NCBI GenBank assembly: GCA_937625935.1
Contig: OW569375.1
Coordinates: 310,001 to 374,000, forward strand
Length of the DNA stretch: 64,000 nucleotides
DNA from: Tetramitus jugosus
Lineage: Eukaryota; Protista; Heterolobosea
Direction: 5' to 3'
The translations under genes were made by a program, and so were the position numbers. Positions 1 through 11,096 of this stretch are shown piece after piece (position 1 is the stretch's first letter; every line of letters begins with the position of its first letter). The notes below the pieces were generated by a model. That model did no database searches, was not told the DNA's origin, and saw only the letters and a program-made list of their open reading frames with translations.

Positions 1-432
1 GCAACAAACTCCTATTACGAGACCGAGCAACAATAGTCCTCCACTGGTTTGAGCATAACTTCGGGCCACTCTCGAAGCGCTCTTTCGATACATGAAGTAA
101 CACAGGACCCAAAATAGGCCACCCATAAAGAATCCCAAGATGAAGAAGACTAAAGCCATTCGCTCTTCACTTTTCAATTCCTGATCATAGACAGGGTTGC
201 GACTACCGTAGGGATAGAATTGTGTGGGAGGTGGAGGTGCCATCATATGAGGAGAATAACCCTGTTCTTGTTGTTGATAGTAAGTCGGATACATGGGGAC
301 ATACTGTGCGGATTGCTGTTGTTGGTACATTGGCGCAGGGTGAGGCACCTCAGCGCCCTGCTGATGATGTTGAATCGATACAGGGGAATGATGCTGAGTT
401 GGAGTGTTGTGTGATTGGTCGTTGTAGAGCAT
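1..432 (-). CDS. Pro/Gln/Tyr-rich small membrane protein, 3' end runs off the window
   Basis: Hand translation from ATG at 432: MLYNDQSHNT...PPPPTQFYPYG...MALVFFILGFFMGGLFWVLCYFMY...GGLLLLGLVIGVCC. Open to base 1, with two hydrophobic segments. Confidence 0.7.
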   Translation of the reverse strand, partial: MLYNDQSHNTPTQHHSPVSIQHHQQGAEVPHPAPMYQQQQSAQYVPMYPTYYQQQEQGYSPHMMAPPPPTQFYPYGSRNPVYDQELKSEERMALVFFILGFFMGGLFWVLCYFMYRKSASRVARSYAQTSGGLLLLGLVIGVCC

Positions 433-743
433 CTCTGTGATTGGTTTCTTGGGTTTTGGGTGTATGGAGAAAATACAATCAAAGATTTTTTTGGTTTTTT
501 GAAGTTGGTTGACTAATTCTGGTCACCTAACTTTGCAGATGACTGTCTTTAATTCACCTGCTGTAAATCTCGTGGTGCAAGGTGAGTGCTGTTAGAGTTG
601 GATTGATCGAACAAGTATCTGTGGTTAAGAATTTTCATTGCATGACTCAGAGAACTTTCCGAACTCAACGAACAAGTCAAGTGGAAGGAGTTCACATTTT
701 GAATTCCCGTACTGAAAAAACTGATCAAAAAAAAAGGACTCTG

Positions 744-1850
744 ATGACACAAACAGAAGGTAACCATTTTCGAAGGAGGGATGCTTGTGTAACGAAGAGT
801 AAAGTGATTGAAATAGGTTCTCTACTTTGCAAGGACGCTTGGTCGATCGTTGTCGAGTTTTGTGACACTCGAGAATGGTTGCAATTGAGTTACACTTGCA
901 AAGGAATTAATCAATTCAAATTTCATCGATTGCTCACGTTCAACAAGAAGAGAACTCTTGTAAAAAATTTTAGTAAAAGAAGGATTGAACACTGGTTTCG
1001 ACTGGGAAAAGAAACATTGTTCAATGTTGACTTGAATGAGAATCCCTACGTGGTGGATGAACAATTCCAATACCTGGAAGGTATTCATACACTGAGTATG
1101 AGTTGTTGTAGGAATCTCACGGACAAGGTATTTCCTCATTTAGTTGGCATTCACACACTCAATATGAGTGGTTGCAAGAGAATCACAGATAATGTATTTC
1201 CATATTTGACAGGTATTCATACACTCAATATGAATAGTTGCAAGTATATCACAGATAATGCAATGAGTCATTTAGTTGGTATCCACACACTCAGTATGAG
1301 TCGCTGCAAGGGAATCACAGACAACGCATTTTGTTATCTGGCTGGCATTCATACGCTTGATATGAATAATTGCAGGAGAATCACAGACAAGGGATTGTCT
1401 CATTTGGTTGGTATTCACACACTCAATATGAGTTGGTGTACTCGTATTCCAGACAACGCATTTTGTTATCTGGCTGGCATTCACACACTTGATGTGAGTA
1501 ATTGCAGCGATATAACAGACAATGCATTTTCACATTTAGTTGGAATTCATACACTCAACATGGATTGTTGCAGACAAATCACAGACAAAGCATTTTGTTA
1601 CTTGGTTGGCATTACGGCACTCAGTATGGTTTTTTGCAGCAAGATTACAGACAAGGGATTGTCTCATTTGGTTGGGATTCAGACACTCAATATGAGTTTT
1701 TGTCATCAAAAATCGATCACAAGGAAAGCGTTTGTGTATTTAAAGGGTATTCGCTCACTCCATTGGTATAATCACCAAAAAAACGATGATTTCATCGCAA
1801 AGTTGCTTGAATCTTGTGGGCCCAGTGCTAGTTTCGCATTAACATTGTAA
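744..1850 (+). CDS. F-box / leucine-rich repeat protein (22-aa repeats)
   Basis: F-box-like LLCKDAWSIVVEFCDTREWLQLSYTCK, then ~14 copies of GIHTLxMSxCxxITDxAFxHLx. Start codon uncertain (642 or 744). Confidence 0.85.
   Translation: MTQTEGNHFRRRDACVTKSKVIEIGSLLCKDAWSIVVEFCDTREWLQLSYTCKGINQFKFHRLLTFNKKRTLVKNFSKRRIEHWFRLGKETLFNVDLNENPYVVDEQFQYLEGIHTLSMSCCRNLTDKVFPHLVGIHTLNMSGCKRITDNVFPYLTGIHTLNMNSCKYITDNAMSHLVGIHTLSMSRCKGITDNAFCYLAGIHTLDMNNCRRITDKGLSHLVGIHTLNMSWCTRIPDNAFCYLAGIHTLDVSNCSDITDNAFSHLVGIHTLNMDCCRQITDKAFCYLVGITALSMVFCSKITDKGLSHLVGIQTLNMSFCHQKSITRKAFVYLKGIRSLHWYNHQKNDDFIAKLLESCGPSASFALTL
1080..1760 (+). repeat. 66-bp coding tandem repeat (LRR units)
   Basis: Recurrent ggNattcaYacactcaatatgagt...atcacagaYaa at a 66-bp period. 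Confidence 0.85.
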
Positions 1851-2049
1851 ACTCAACCACGTGGTTCAATTGCCTCTTTGTTCTTATACTCATTGTCACA
1901 TGTTGATTCTTGTTTACAATCCTTCTTGTCGTCAAATTCACATCCACATTCGACCCAAGGCAATATCAAACTTAACACACCATCGTCTGCAGACTACTGA
2001 CTTTGAGTTCGAATTGCCCTCTGGAAATTGAAGGTGTTAGATGAGTCAT

Positions 2050-3351
2050 TCACAGCGAAATGACAGAACCATTCACATCTGACAAAACTCGCATCTCGAA
2101 GGGACCGTTATACAGAATTTGCTCATCTTCTTCCCAAGAGAACAAGGCCGGACCGCATACGGTTCCAAACGAGTTGATTTCGATAACTCGCAAACTCCCG
2201 TCATCCAACAAAACAAAATCTACTACACAATCATCAATGTTCAGCTTGTCCTTGATATGATCCTCGAAATAATTCAAAATTCTATCCTTGAGAGCTATCC
2301 ATTCATCTATCGTGACAAAAGGGAAGTAACTGTTGGAAAAGTACTGAGAAGCAGCATTCAGTTGTCTGTTTCTTATGAATGCTCTGACTTCAAAATGTGA
2401 GAGCATTCGTGATTCCCATTGACGAACTACAATTGCTACAGAAAACTTTCCATCATCAGAGTGCTCGCATTGTACCAGCGCCTCAGTTAGGTCACGATGA
2501 ACTCTTGCAGATCTCTGCATCAGAAATAGGAAATCCTTTGCTGAAGTGCAAACCATGCACTTTGCTGCGCAAATCTGTTCAATAGCAGATTCAATTGTTG
2601 AATTCTGGGACACAAAGTCTGCTCCATACTTGTTTGCCCAATCCTCTGATAACTTGTCGTACATTTCTTTATACTCTTGACATTGAAAGACAGCATCTTT
2701 AGGACTTCGTGAACTCAATTTGATAAACACTGGAGAAGAATGAAAATCCTTCACTATTATATCATTCAACTTTTGCAACATCGTTTCGATCACTCTGTCA
2801 CCTCCTGAAGATATATCATTATCCATATTTTGGAAAAACCATTGCTCATAGCGACGAATGATATGTCTGGCTTCTTCTTTGGTCAGCGCAAGCGACTGTG
2901 TTTTGAATGTGTGATCACCCAAAAGATCCAACCAATTGTTAGCATCTACTAACTCCATGTAGCACTGTAGTATACTCTCCTTCCACTTGTAGTGAACATC
3001 AATATCACTCATGCTGACGCCAACAAGAGAACCGGAAAAGGTTTCAACTTGCAACAATAAGAGAACAGTTCCACTCAAGTACTTGATCTCATCACAAAAT
3101 GAATAGAGTAATATCACCAAAGGATTCAAAACATTATATTCAAAGAATAAGCGTTGAATATAGTTCAAATCGAAGCTATAGAACTCGGGAATGATTCCAT
3201 ATTGTCGATAATGAATCTTGTCCTTTTTGTCACTGTTTGGTAACGACAGTTGGATTTTGCCTGATTGTATCAGCAATAATTTCAAAAAATACAACACATT
3301 GCAAACCTTTTCGATTGATTCCTTGGTTCCCAACAAATTCAAATCGAGCAT
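2050..3351 (-). CDS. Cdc123/D123-family (R2K) ATP-grasp protein
   Basis: Motifs VFIKLSSRSPKDA, FEVRAFIRNRQLNAASQY, CVVDFV, IEINSFG, ALFSWEED. Confidence 0.8.
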   Translation of the reverse strand: MLDLNLLGTKESIEKVCNVLYFLKLLLIQSGKIQLSLPNSDKKDKIHYRQYGIIPEFYSFDLNYIQRLFFEYNVLNPLVILLYSFCDEIKYLSGTVLLLLQVETFSGSLVGVSMSDIDVHYKWKESILQCYMELVDANNWLDLLGDHTFKTQSLALTKEEARHIIRRYEQWFFQNMDNDISSGGDRVIETMLQKLNDIIVKDFHSSPVFIKLSSRSPKDAVFQCQEYKEMYDKLSEDWANKYGADFVSQNSTIESAIEQICAAKCMVCTSAKDFLFLMQRSARVHRDLTEALVQCEHSDDGKFSVAIVVRQWESRMLSHFEVRAFIRNRQLNAASQYFSNSYFPFVTIDEWIALKDRILNYFEDHIKDKLNIDDCVVDFVLLDDGSLRVIEINSFGTVCGPALFSWEEDEQILYNGPFEMRVLSDVNGSVISL

Positions 3352-3479
3352 CTCTCTGAACAAACTCTCACAATGATGGAAAAAGGAAGTGATCAATTGA
3401 ACAGCCTTATCTTCCAGAGGGTCGGAACGAAAAATTTTGGGCCTAACCGCTTGGCAGCCTCTTTTTGACGACCGGCTTA

Positions 3480-3978
3480 CTATGGAAATCGAACCAGCGC
3501 CTCACAGCCAAACAGCCGACGTCAAATTCCTTAACCGCTAGGCCAAAACAGCGTTGAAGTTGAGGTTTCAAACGCGGATAACAAGTAGTGTGCCCGGTCA
3601 CTTGATACGTAGAGAGAAAACATGATCGTCTCAAGGCTGTCAACAAGAGGTTGACAAAGATGTACGAAGAGCTGCTAACGTTCATTGACAGACTGTATCG
3701 ACAGGTCGCAGAACCAGGACTAAGGGTCAAGAAGGCAACAAACCGGTCCAATACCGGAACAAGAAGATGTCCAAGGTACTGGAGAGCTAGTGGTGGTAGA
3801 AGAACAAAGGAGTGCAACACCACTGCCATCAGTGCCTGTTGTACAGCTCAGCTCTGAGAACCGGCAAATTCTGGAACAGGTGAATGCCACTTCTCCAGTG
3901 TTCGCTAGAGCGAGAAAGGAAATCATTTTAAAGCAAGTTTCAAAGAACAATTCAACGAAAACAATCAAACAACATTGA
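3480..3978 (+). pseudogene. Possible decayed coding sequence of unknown origin
   Basis: Relatively GC-rich, overlapping protein-like ORF fragments (coiled-coil-like KRLTKMYEELLTFIDRLY) broken by stops and frameshifts. Confidence 0.3.
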
Positions 3979-4235
3979 CATTGCGTTATCTTTCGACAGC
4001 ATGGACTCTACTCAAACAGTCCACCAATGCATCAATACCACTTCAATATTTTCCACCAGTGAAATATTGTATATTGCCATAGCGCGTGTCTGGAGTGCAA
4101 CACGAGATAATCGTTTGCTCTTCTATCAATGAAACATTATTGTCGAGCTGCTACCGTGAGTTGACAACCACACTCGCTCTGGTTTACTGGCTGTGTGTCA
4201 CTTGCATTGCTTTTTAGCCGAAAAAACTTGTTTTT

Positions 4236-4844
4236 TTATGTCCAATTATTATCACTCGGTTCCGACCCTCTGTTATCTTCACTCTGTTGATCAAATTCCC
4301 TCGAAAACCACAATTGTTTCAAAGAATTCAGAAAGTTATCCAAACTGAGCTCTTGGTTCACTGGCGGCAGTCCAGACAACTCATTCTTCAATCTCTCTGT
4401 GTTCTCACCATTTTCAATCGAAAGATTATGCAATGTCACAGCTTTCTCTACTTTGCATTCATTCTCTGACTCTTCATCACTAGACTCTTCTTCATTTTCA
4501 AAAGATAGACTGGGCAATAAGCTAAACTCCTCCACCAGATCATTCGCCCCAAGCGTATCAAGATCTGACGTTGGACAGTAACTAAGCATCTCTAATCCAG
4601 TACGATATATATCTCCATTAAATTGTTCAAATGTTTTGGACAGAACCTTCTGGTACACCTCGCTCTGCTTCATTTCTTCAAACGCAGTAGTCTTTGTCAA
4701 CGAACTGGAAAGCTTGAAGACTTTCTTGTTGAGGAAGATTGGATTCAGGAAGCGATTGACAAAGTGAGCGCTGTGTGGAGCAAACCTCCACACGTAAGCA
4801 TATCTTTCATCATCCACAAAGCTCTGGTGTGGTTTGCATGACAT
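4236..4844 (-). CDS. Hypothetical protein
   Basis: ~200-aa ORF with an acidic tract, divergent from the gene at 5003. Confidence 0.65.
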   Translation of the reverse strand: MSCKPHQSFVDDERYAYVWRFAPHSAHFVNRFLNPIFLNKKVFKLSSSLTKTTAFEEMKQSEVYQKVLSKTFEQFNGDIYRTGLEMLSYCPTSDLDTLGANDLVEEFSLLPSLSFENEEESSDEESENECKVEKAVTLHNLSIENGENTERLKNELSGLPPVNQELSLDNFLNSLKQLWFSREFDQQSEDNRGSEPSDNNWT

Positions 4845-5002
4845 CTTTGCTGAGTTCGGATGGGCGGACTCCACCCGTTCCACTCCGATTTTGTAATTAA
4901 TTTTCTCCGCCGCGTGAGAAAAAAAGCCCTACACGCAAACAACAAAAATAAGAATTTTTTTCTCAGTTTGATATCGAAACAACATCCTTTGTGTAAGAAA
5001 TC

Positions 5003-5938
5003 ATGATGAACAGACTTGTTTTATCCACATTGACCAAGAATGCTGCCGCAAGACGCATTGCCACTTCTTGTCCTCACCGTTTGACCAACACTACTACCAC
5101 AACTGTCAGATTCGCACAAACTGACCTCAAGACCACTCAAAGAGGAACATTGAAGAGATTGGTTGTTGCCAAATTTTTGCAAGACAAGGACAATCATGGA
5201 GAAGACTATTTGGGTATCCACATTGTCGATGATGATCAACCAGAGGCCGAAGAACCAATATATGCCATGAGACGCGCTGTCGACGCTTATTTTATCGCTG
5301 AAAACACTCCAGGTATGTCTCAATGATTGTTGCTGTTGTTGAATGAGTGAGTTGCTGACTGATCATTACTTTTTTTTGTGTCTGTTTGTTTGTTTCCATA
5401 TGATCATGACAAACAATTTGCCAAATGACGACTTTTGTTGTTGTTATTGAATACAGAAAAATTGTCTGCAAAGCTTAAACCACTGTACTCCAGAATGACC
5501 AACACTGTTCGCTTCATCAACTCTGCTGACTGGTCCAAATTGACCACCCCTAACGGATATGAAATGTTTGATGAATGGCAGTGCACCAAGAGTGAAATGG
5601 AGAAGAAGCAGACTGAATTGGAAGCAAACGATCGTTCTGTTCTTGAGCCATTGTACAATGAGATGAATTATGTGTGGGATTTGGCCATGAGAACAAACAA
5701 TCACTGCAATATTCTGCGTGACTTGGTCAACAAGTATCAGAACACTTTTGCATTCCCACAGGGAGATTTCGGTACATTGTGCAACATTGTAGATGATTAT
5801 TTGCTCGTGACTGAGTCTAACATGGACTATAGGCTAAAGCAAAAGTTCTCTACATTGATTGAACAGCGTTTGGTCTACTTGAAGCAAAAGATTTTGTTGC
5901 CAGAATTGATGGTCAAGTATCCAACCATTTTCAGATAA
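5003..5938 (+). CDS. Hypothetical mitochondrial protein, 2 exons (intron 5313-5456)
   Basis: Arg/Thr-rich transit-peptide-like N-terminus. GTATGT...TACAG splicing joins the ORFs in frame (NTP-E-KLSAK). Confidence 0.75.
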
Positions 5939-6214
5939 GTGAAAACACTCTCTTTTCGAAGCATACTCCACGGGGGACAATCAAGAACAACCACAACCAC
6001 CATAACAATATTGTTAACAATCCAATTTCATTGTGCTGGATCCATTTTTCACCCTCTTGTCTCTTTATTTCTCCGTTGTCTTCATTCTCCCGAGCTTGAA
6101 CATTCACACTAAATGTTGAACAAAAAAAGTTTCACACAAAAAAGCAATCTCCACACAGCTGAGCAACCTATTCACATTGATCATTCCACAACAACAATAA
6201 TATATCAGTGAAAG

Positions 6215-8531
6215 ATGCAAAATATTCTAAAGCACTTGGCTGCTAAAAGACAACGAAACAGAGAAGAAGCCAAAAGTCAAAAAAATCCCAACAACAAAAA
6301 GAGTGGTGGTGCTTCCAAGGGCGCAAGTAGTGGAGGTGGCGGTGCCAAACGGCCAAGAAACGGAACAGATAAACCTCTCGGATTCATTGAAGAAAAGGAA
6401 AGTTCTTCATTCATTAGCAAGAACTATGGTGTCAAAGTGTATGATTTGGAGGGAAAAAAAAGTTTACAGCAAATTCTTGAAAATTCAAAGCTCAAGGCGC
6501 GCTACAATGAAGACGCAAAAAATTATACGACCTTGATTGATGATTTGGAATTTCCAGTCGCAACGAACAGTATTCGGTTAACAGCTGATGAGAATCACTT
6601 GTGGGCCACTGGAGTCTATCCTCCACAAGTAAAATGTTTTGTCTTGGATGATTTAACGATGAAGTTTCAGAGAAATTGTGATTCTGAAGTGGTGAAAATT
6701 TTGGTAGCGTATCATCTTTTTTCCTTTCCATGTAGCAATGACTGACAGAGAGAGAGAAGTGACTTTGTTGGTTTTTTGTTGTTTATTGTTTTGATTATTA
6801 ACACAAACAACATTTTTGATGATGATATGATGATGATGTGATGTACAGCCTCTCTCAACAGACTATAGAAAAGTAGCGCTCATGCAAGCGGATAGACACA
6901 TTGAGGTTCATGCTCAATTTGGTACTTATTATCGATTCCGTATCCCTAGAGTAGGCAGAGACATTACCTATCATGCACCTTCCTGTGAAATGCTAGTTTG
7001 TGGAAGCAGTTCTGAAGTCTATCGATTCAATTTGGAACAGGGCATGTTCAGAAAGCCAATCAAGACTTATTCACCTGGTTGTGAAGCAATCAATTCGATC
7101 AAGATTAATCCTATCCATCAATTGATTGGTATCGGATGTGACAATGGATGGGTAGAGTGCATTGATCCACGATCAAAGTCCACTGCCGGTATCTTAAACG
7201 TTTGTGACTATATTAAGCAATCATCGGGTGTGAAGAGCTGCGGAGACGAAGTAACTTGCTTTGAATTTGACAGCAATGGTGTTACATTTGCTGCTGGAAC
7301 TAACAAGGGTCAAGTCGGTATATTCGACTTGAGAAAATCAGGTATCATACACACCAAGGATCATAATTATGATTTGCCTATTGTGTCCATGGGATTCCAC
7401 GATTTGACAAAGAATATTTTCACTGCCGATAAGAAGGTGGTCAAGGTTTGGAATAAGGAGACTGGTAGTATTCTGACCAATTTGGAAATGCCTGCGCACA
7501 TCAGTGACGCCATCATGATTCCATCGAGTGGTATGATGATGATTGCAGGTGAGAGATCAAAGATAAAACCATTGTACATTCCTGCATTGGGACCTGCTCC
7601 AAAGTGGTGCTCATTTGTCGATACGATTACCGAGGAGTTGGAAGAAATCAAAAAGTTCTCTGTGTATCAAGATCTCAAGTATGTCACTGTGGAGGAGTTG
7701 CAAGAATTGGGTATGCAAGATCTGCTTGGTACCGATTTGTTGCGTCCTCATTTGCACGGTTTCTTCATTAAGATGTCTCTGTACAAGAAGGCACTCGAGT
7801 TCTATAAGAAGAGTAATCAAACTTCAGAGGAAGATGCAAGCAAGATTGAAGATAAGGAAGGTGGTATCAACAGAAAGACAGATGATGAAATTGAGCAAGA
7901 AACAAACAAGTTGCTTCGACAGAACCGTGTCGACAAGTTGATGGCATACCTGAACGATGAAGAAGCTCCTGCCACCAGCAAGAAGACCAAGGCCATGAAG
8001 ACAAACGACAAGGCAAAGGAAGAGACAAAGGACAAGGAGAACAAGATCAACACTGTTGGTGATGACCGTTTCGCTGGCATGTTTGATGATCCTGAATACG
8101 CTCAAGATGACGACGAGGCCACTCGTGTGAAGAAGAGACAAAAGACAAAGAACAAGAAGGCTGACAAGGACCAAGTCAGTATTCACGCGCTTGAACCTGG
8201 ACAGTCCATCTCATACAAGGACTCTGATATGCAACTCAAGCCTTCTGAACTTGCCAGAGAGAAGAATAAGCCTCTTGCAGAGAGAATAGCAGATTCCAGC
8301 AAAAAGACAAAGGACTTCTCGATATCAAACATTAGAGGAAACAAGGAAATTACGTTCCATGATGAATCAGATGACGATGATTCTGGTGATGAGAATGTGT
8401 CTCGTTCACGTAAGGCTGCCGAGTCTGGATCTGATGATGAAGAACCAGAGAAGCCAACGAGAAGAAAGCTACCAAACCAATTCTTGAAGCGAATGCCAAA
8501 GAAGAAGGGTTTCAAGCCAAGAAGCAAGTAA
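6215..8531 (+). CDS. NOL10: Nucleolar protein 10 / Enp2 (WD40), 2 exons (intron 6704-6848)
   Basis: LIDDLEFP, ATGVYPPQVKCF, YYRFRIPRVGRD, YIPALGPAPKWCSF, TEELEE, DDRFAGMF; the intron restores KIL-PLSTDYRK. Confidence 0.92.
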
Positions 8532-8786
8532 AAACCATTCTCCCGCGATCGACTGACCGTTACATCTCAAAATTTTCACTTTCTCCGATCAACAATCCGG
8601 TCTTGTGTCAAAGCATGACGTTGTCCTTGGCGACTGGCTGTTGTGGCAAACATTTGACAAACGACAACAACACACTAGGGTAGTTTTTCACGCGTGTACC
8701 AGACAACTACTCTTCCCACCAGATCCGACCATCTCTCATTCAACTCCTTCAAAAACACGTCAACACAAACTTACAAAGAACAGAAT

Positions 8787-11054
8787 ATGACTCTTCAGCT
8801 AGGTACAAGAACAAGAACAAGGAGTCGATTCTTCCTGTTCGCATCGCTCCTCCTTCACATATCCATTCTCTTTCATATTCTTCCAAATTTAACTCCACTT
8901 GTACAATCGAAGCCCATTGCTCTCGTGACTCCAGATCCCTCGAACACCAAGCTTATTGTTCACGAATCAGGTATCGAGTTCCTAGAAAAGCTAAAGGCTC
9001 CATTAGCGATCGTTGCAGTCAGCGGTCGAGCAAAAACAGGAAAGTCCTTCATGTTGAATCAAATATTGAATGTGGAGGATGGGAAGCGCGACGGATTTCC
9101 CGTGGGCGTTCATTTTACGCCGGGAACAAAGGGATTGTTGCTGTGGGATGAACCACAGACTGTTCGATTACCCAATTGCAAGCACAGTGATGAAAAGGAG
9201 TGCACCATTCAGGTTTTGTACATGGATACCGAGGGTTTAGGAGTTGCGGGAAGTGCTACTGATGGCTATGATCCCAAGATTTGTGCCCTATCGATCCTAT
9301 TGTCCAGCTTATTTATTTACAATGTGAATCACGATATTTTAATGTCGGATGTGAGCTTATTGCACAGTGTCGTGGCATTGTCCAGTATTTTTGAAGCCAG
9401 CACGTCCAGTTCATTCCCATTTCCACCCATCTTCTGGACTGTGCAACAATTTGAGCACGAGTTGGGATTAGCCACACCAGATGATGTTCTCTCTCGTGCA
9501 CTGTCTGAAATTACACTGACAAACAGCAGTTCACACAGTGCAGAAATTTCAAGATATAATGAAACGGTTCGCACTGTCAAGTCTCGCTTTCCAGAGTTTA
9601 GTGGTGATACTAGGATTCTATTGATGCATCGACCACATACTGCCAAGATGAGTCAACTACCCAATGTACGCAAAGAGGAGTATCGGCCCGAGTACACGTC
9701 TCAGATTCAGCATTTGAGAGATTTGATCAAGGATCATGTCGTTCCAAAACAATTTTCATCTGGATTGCCTACTGAAGAGAACACTGGTAAATTTATTGCC
9801 CAAATGGTTCGATCTGTTGTGAAAAAGATGAATGAGATTGAAAGTACTCACTTTGGAATTGCTCTTGTCAGACAGATATCGGAACAGTTGCAGAAACGTG
9901 CATGGCGATTGTACTTTACTGCACTGAACACTCGGGCACCTCTGCCTCAGAGCGAGGAGATGTTGCAGCGTGTCCACGAAGAAGAAAGTATCAAGAGTTT
10001 GGACATGTTTAAGACCAAGTGTCCAGGCGGCTTGACAAAGTTTGGCAACAAAGATATTTATGAGTCATTAGCTGAGACTATTCAGACATGGTTCGATTCT
10101 CAGCTAGGAAACAACACATTGGTGGCTCGAGTGCATTGCAATGAACAAGTGAACAAGATATTTGAAAAGGCTTGGAGTCAAGAAAATGAGAGATACACTG
10201 TTGACAGTTTTGATAATGACATATCTTCCATGACTGTTAAATACAACACCAATGTTCGAGGACCAAAGCATATCAAGGAAAAGGCACTGACTGACATGCT
10301 GCAAAAATTGAAGGTGAAACGTATCAATTTATTGCATCAGGAAGCCAAGCAAGACTTGACCTCAATGCTGGTGGTATGTCTGACTCTCTTCTTGGGAGCC
10401 TATGTTGTTTACTATGTGGTTAGTGTATCTGGACATGGTGTTCTGCCATCGTATGTTCCAAAAGCACTGATACTGGTAAAGTTGTCGAGTTTAGCATTGA
10501 CTCTATGGCTCCTGGCATTGCATCTCAACTTTGCACATGTTCCTGATGAGAGTCTGGTGTCGTTCATGAGCATTCAACTATGCTACCGGTCGATTCGACG
10601 CTATTTCACAATAGTGATCATTTGCACGATTATAGGCATGTCTGTGAGTCATATCCTTGGTTTTAAGTTTGCTGCACCTGCTCCTCCAGTTGTCGAACAC
10701 AGCAATACAGAGCTTGTTGAAGCTCTGACTGAATTCTTCAAGACACAAGGCATGATGAAGGACGAATCGGACCAGAAGTCATTAGGTCGTAGATCATCCG
10801 CAGCCAAGGTACTTGACTCTAAGGTGGAGACATGTGATACGGCAACTGTGACTGAGGATATCGATGAACACGATTCGCTGAAACCGCTTCTCGAATTGAA
10901 CCGGAGGTTGCAAAGCACAAAGGTCATATCCAACATAGCGGATAGTACAAACGATGTTGACATGTCAGAGTTAATTCCTACTGGAGTCACAACAAGAGGC
11001 AGAAGAATGCTGCCCGTCGTGGAGGAAGCGAGCGATCTAGATTTATCACTGTAA
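8787..11054 (+). CDS. Guanylate-binding protein/atlastin-like large GTPase with N-terminal hydrophobic signal and C-terminal TM helices
   Basis: G1 SGRAKTGKS, G2 TKGLLLW, G3 DTEG, helical stalk (PLPQSEEML), ~3 hydrophobic helices near the C-terminus. Confidence 0.85.
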   Translation: MTLQLGTRTRTRSRFFLFASLLLHISILFHILPNLTPLVQSKPIALVTPDPSNTKLIVHESGIEFLEKLKAPLAIVAVSGRAKTGKSFMLNQILNVEDGKRDGFPVGVHFTPGTKGLLLWDEPQTVRLPNCKHSDEKECTIQVLYMDTEGLGVAGSATDGYDPKICALSILLSSLFIYNVNHDILMSDVSLLHSVVALSSIFEASTSSSFPFPPIFWTVQQFEHELGLATPDDVLSRALSEITLTNSSSHSAEISRYNETVRTVKSRFPEFSGDTRILLMHRPHTAKMSQLPNVRKEEYRPEYTSQIQHLRDLIKDHVVPKQFSSGLPTEENTGKFIAQMVRSVVKKMNEIESTHFGIALVRQISEQLQKRAWRLYFTALNTRAPLPQSEEMLQRVHEEESIKSLDMFKTKCPGGLTKFGNKDIYESLAETIQTWFDSQLGNNTLVARVHCNEQVNKIFEKAWSQENERYTVDSFDNDISSMTVKYNTNVRGPKHIKEKALTDMLQKLKVKRINLLHQEAKQDLTSMLVVCLTLFLGAYVVYYVVSVSGHGVLPSYVPKALILVKLSSLALTLWLLALHLNFAHVPDESLVSFMSIQLCYRSIRRYFTIVIICTIIGMSVSHILGFKFAAPAPPVVEHSNTELVEALTEFFKTQGMMKDESDQKSLGRRSSAAKVLDSKVETCDTATVTEDIDEHDSLKPLLELNRRLQSTKVISNIADSTNDVDMSELIPTGVTTRGRRMLPVVEEASDLDLSL

Positions 11055-11096
11055 GAATAATAGCACGACCTTGGTTGTACATAAAACATAATATAT

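Noticed and set aside
1080-1760. CRISPR-like periodicity
   Set aside because: In-frame coding LRR repeat without unique spacers, in eukaryotic context
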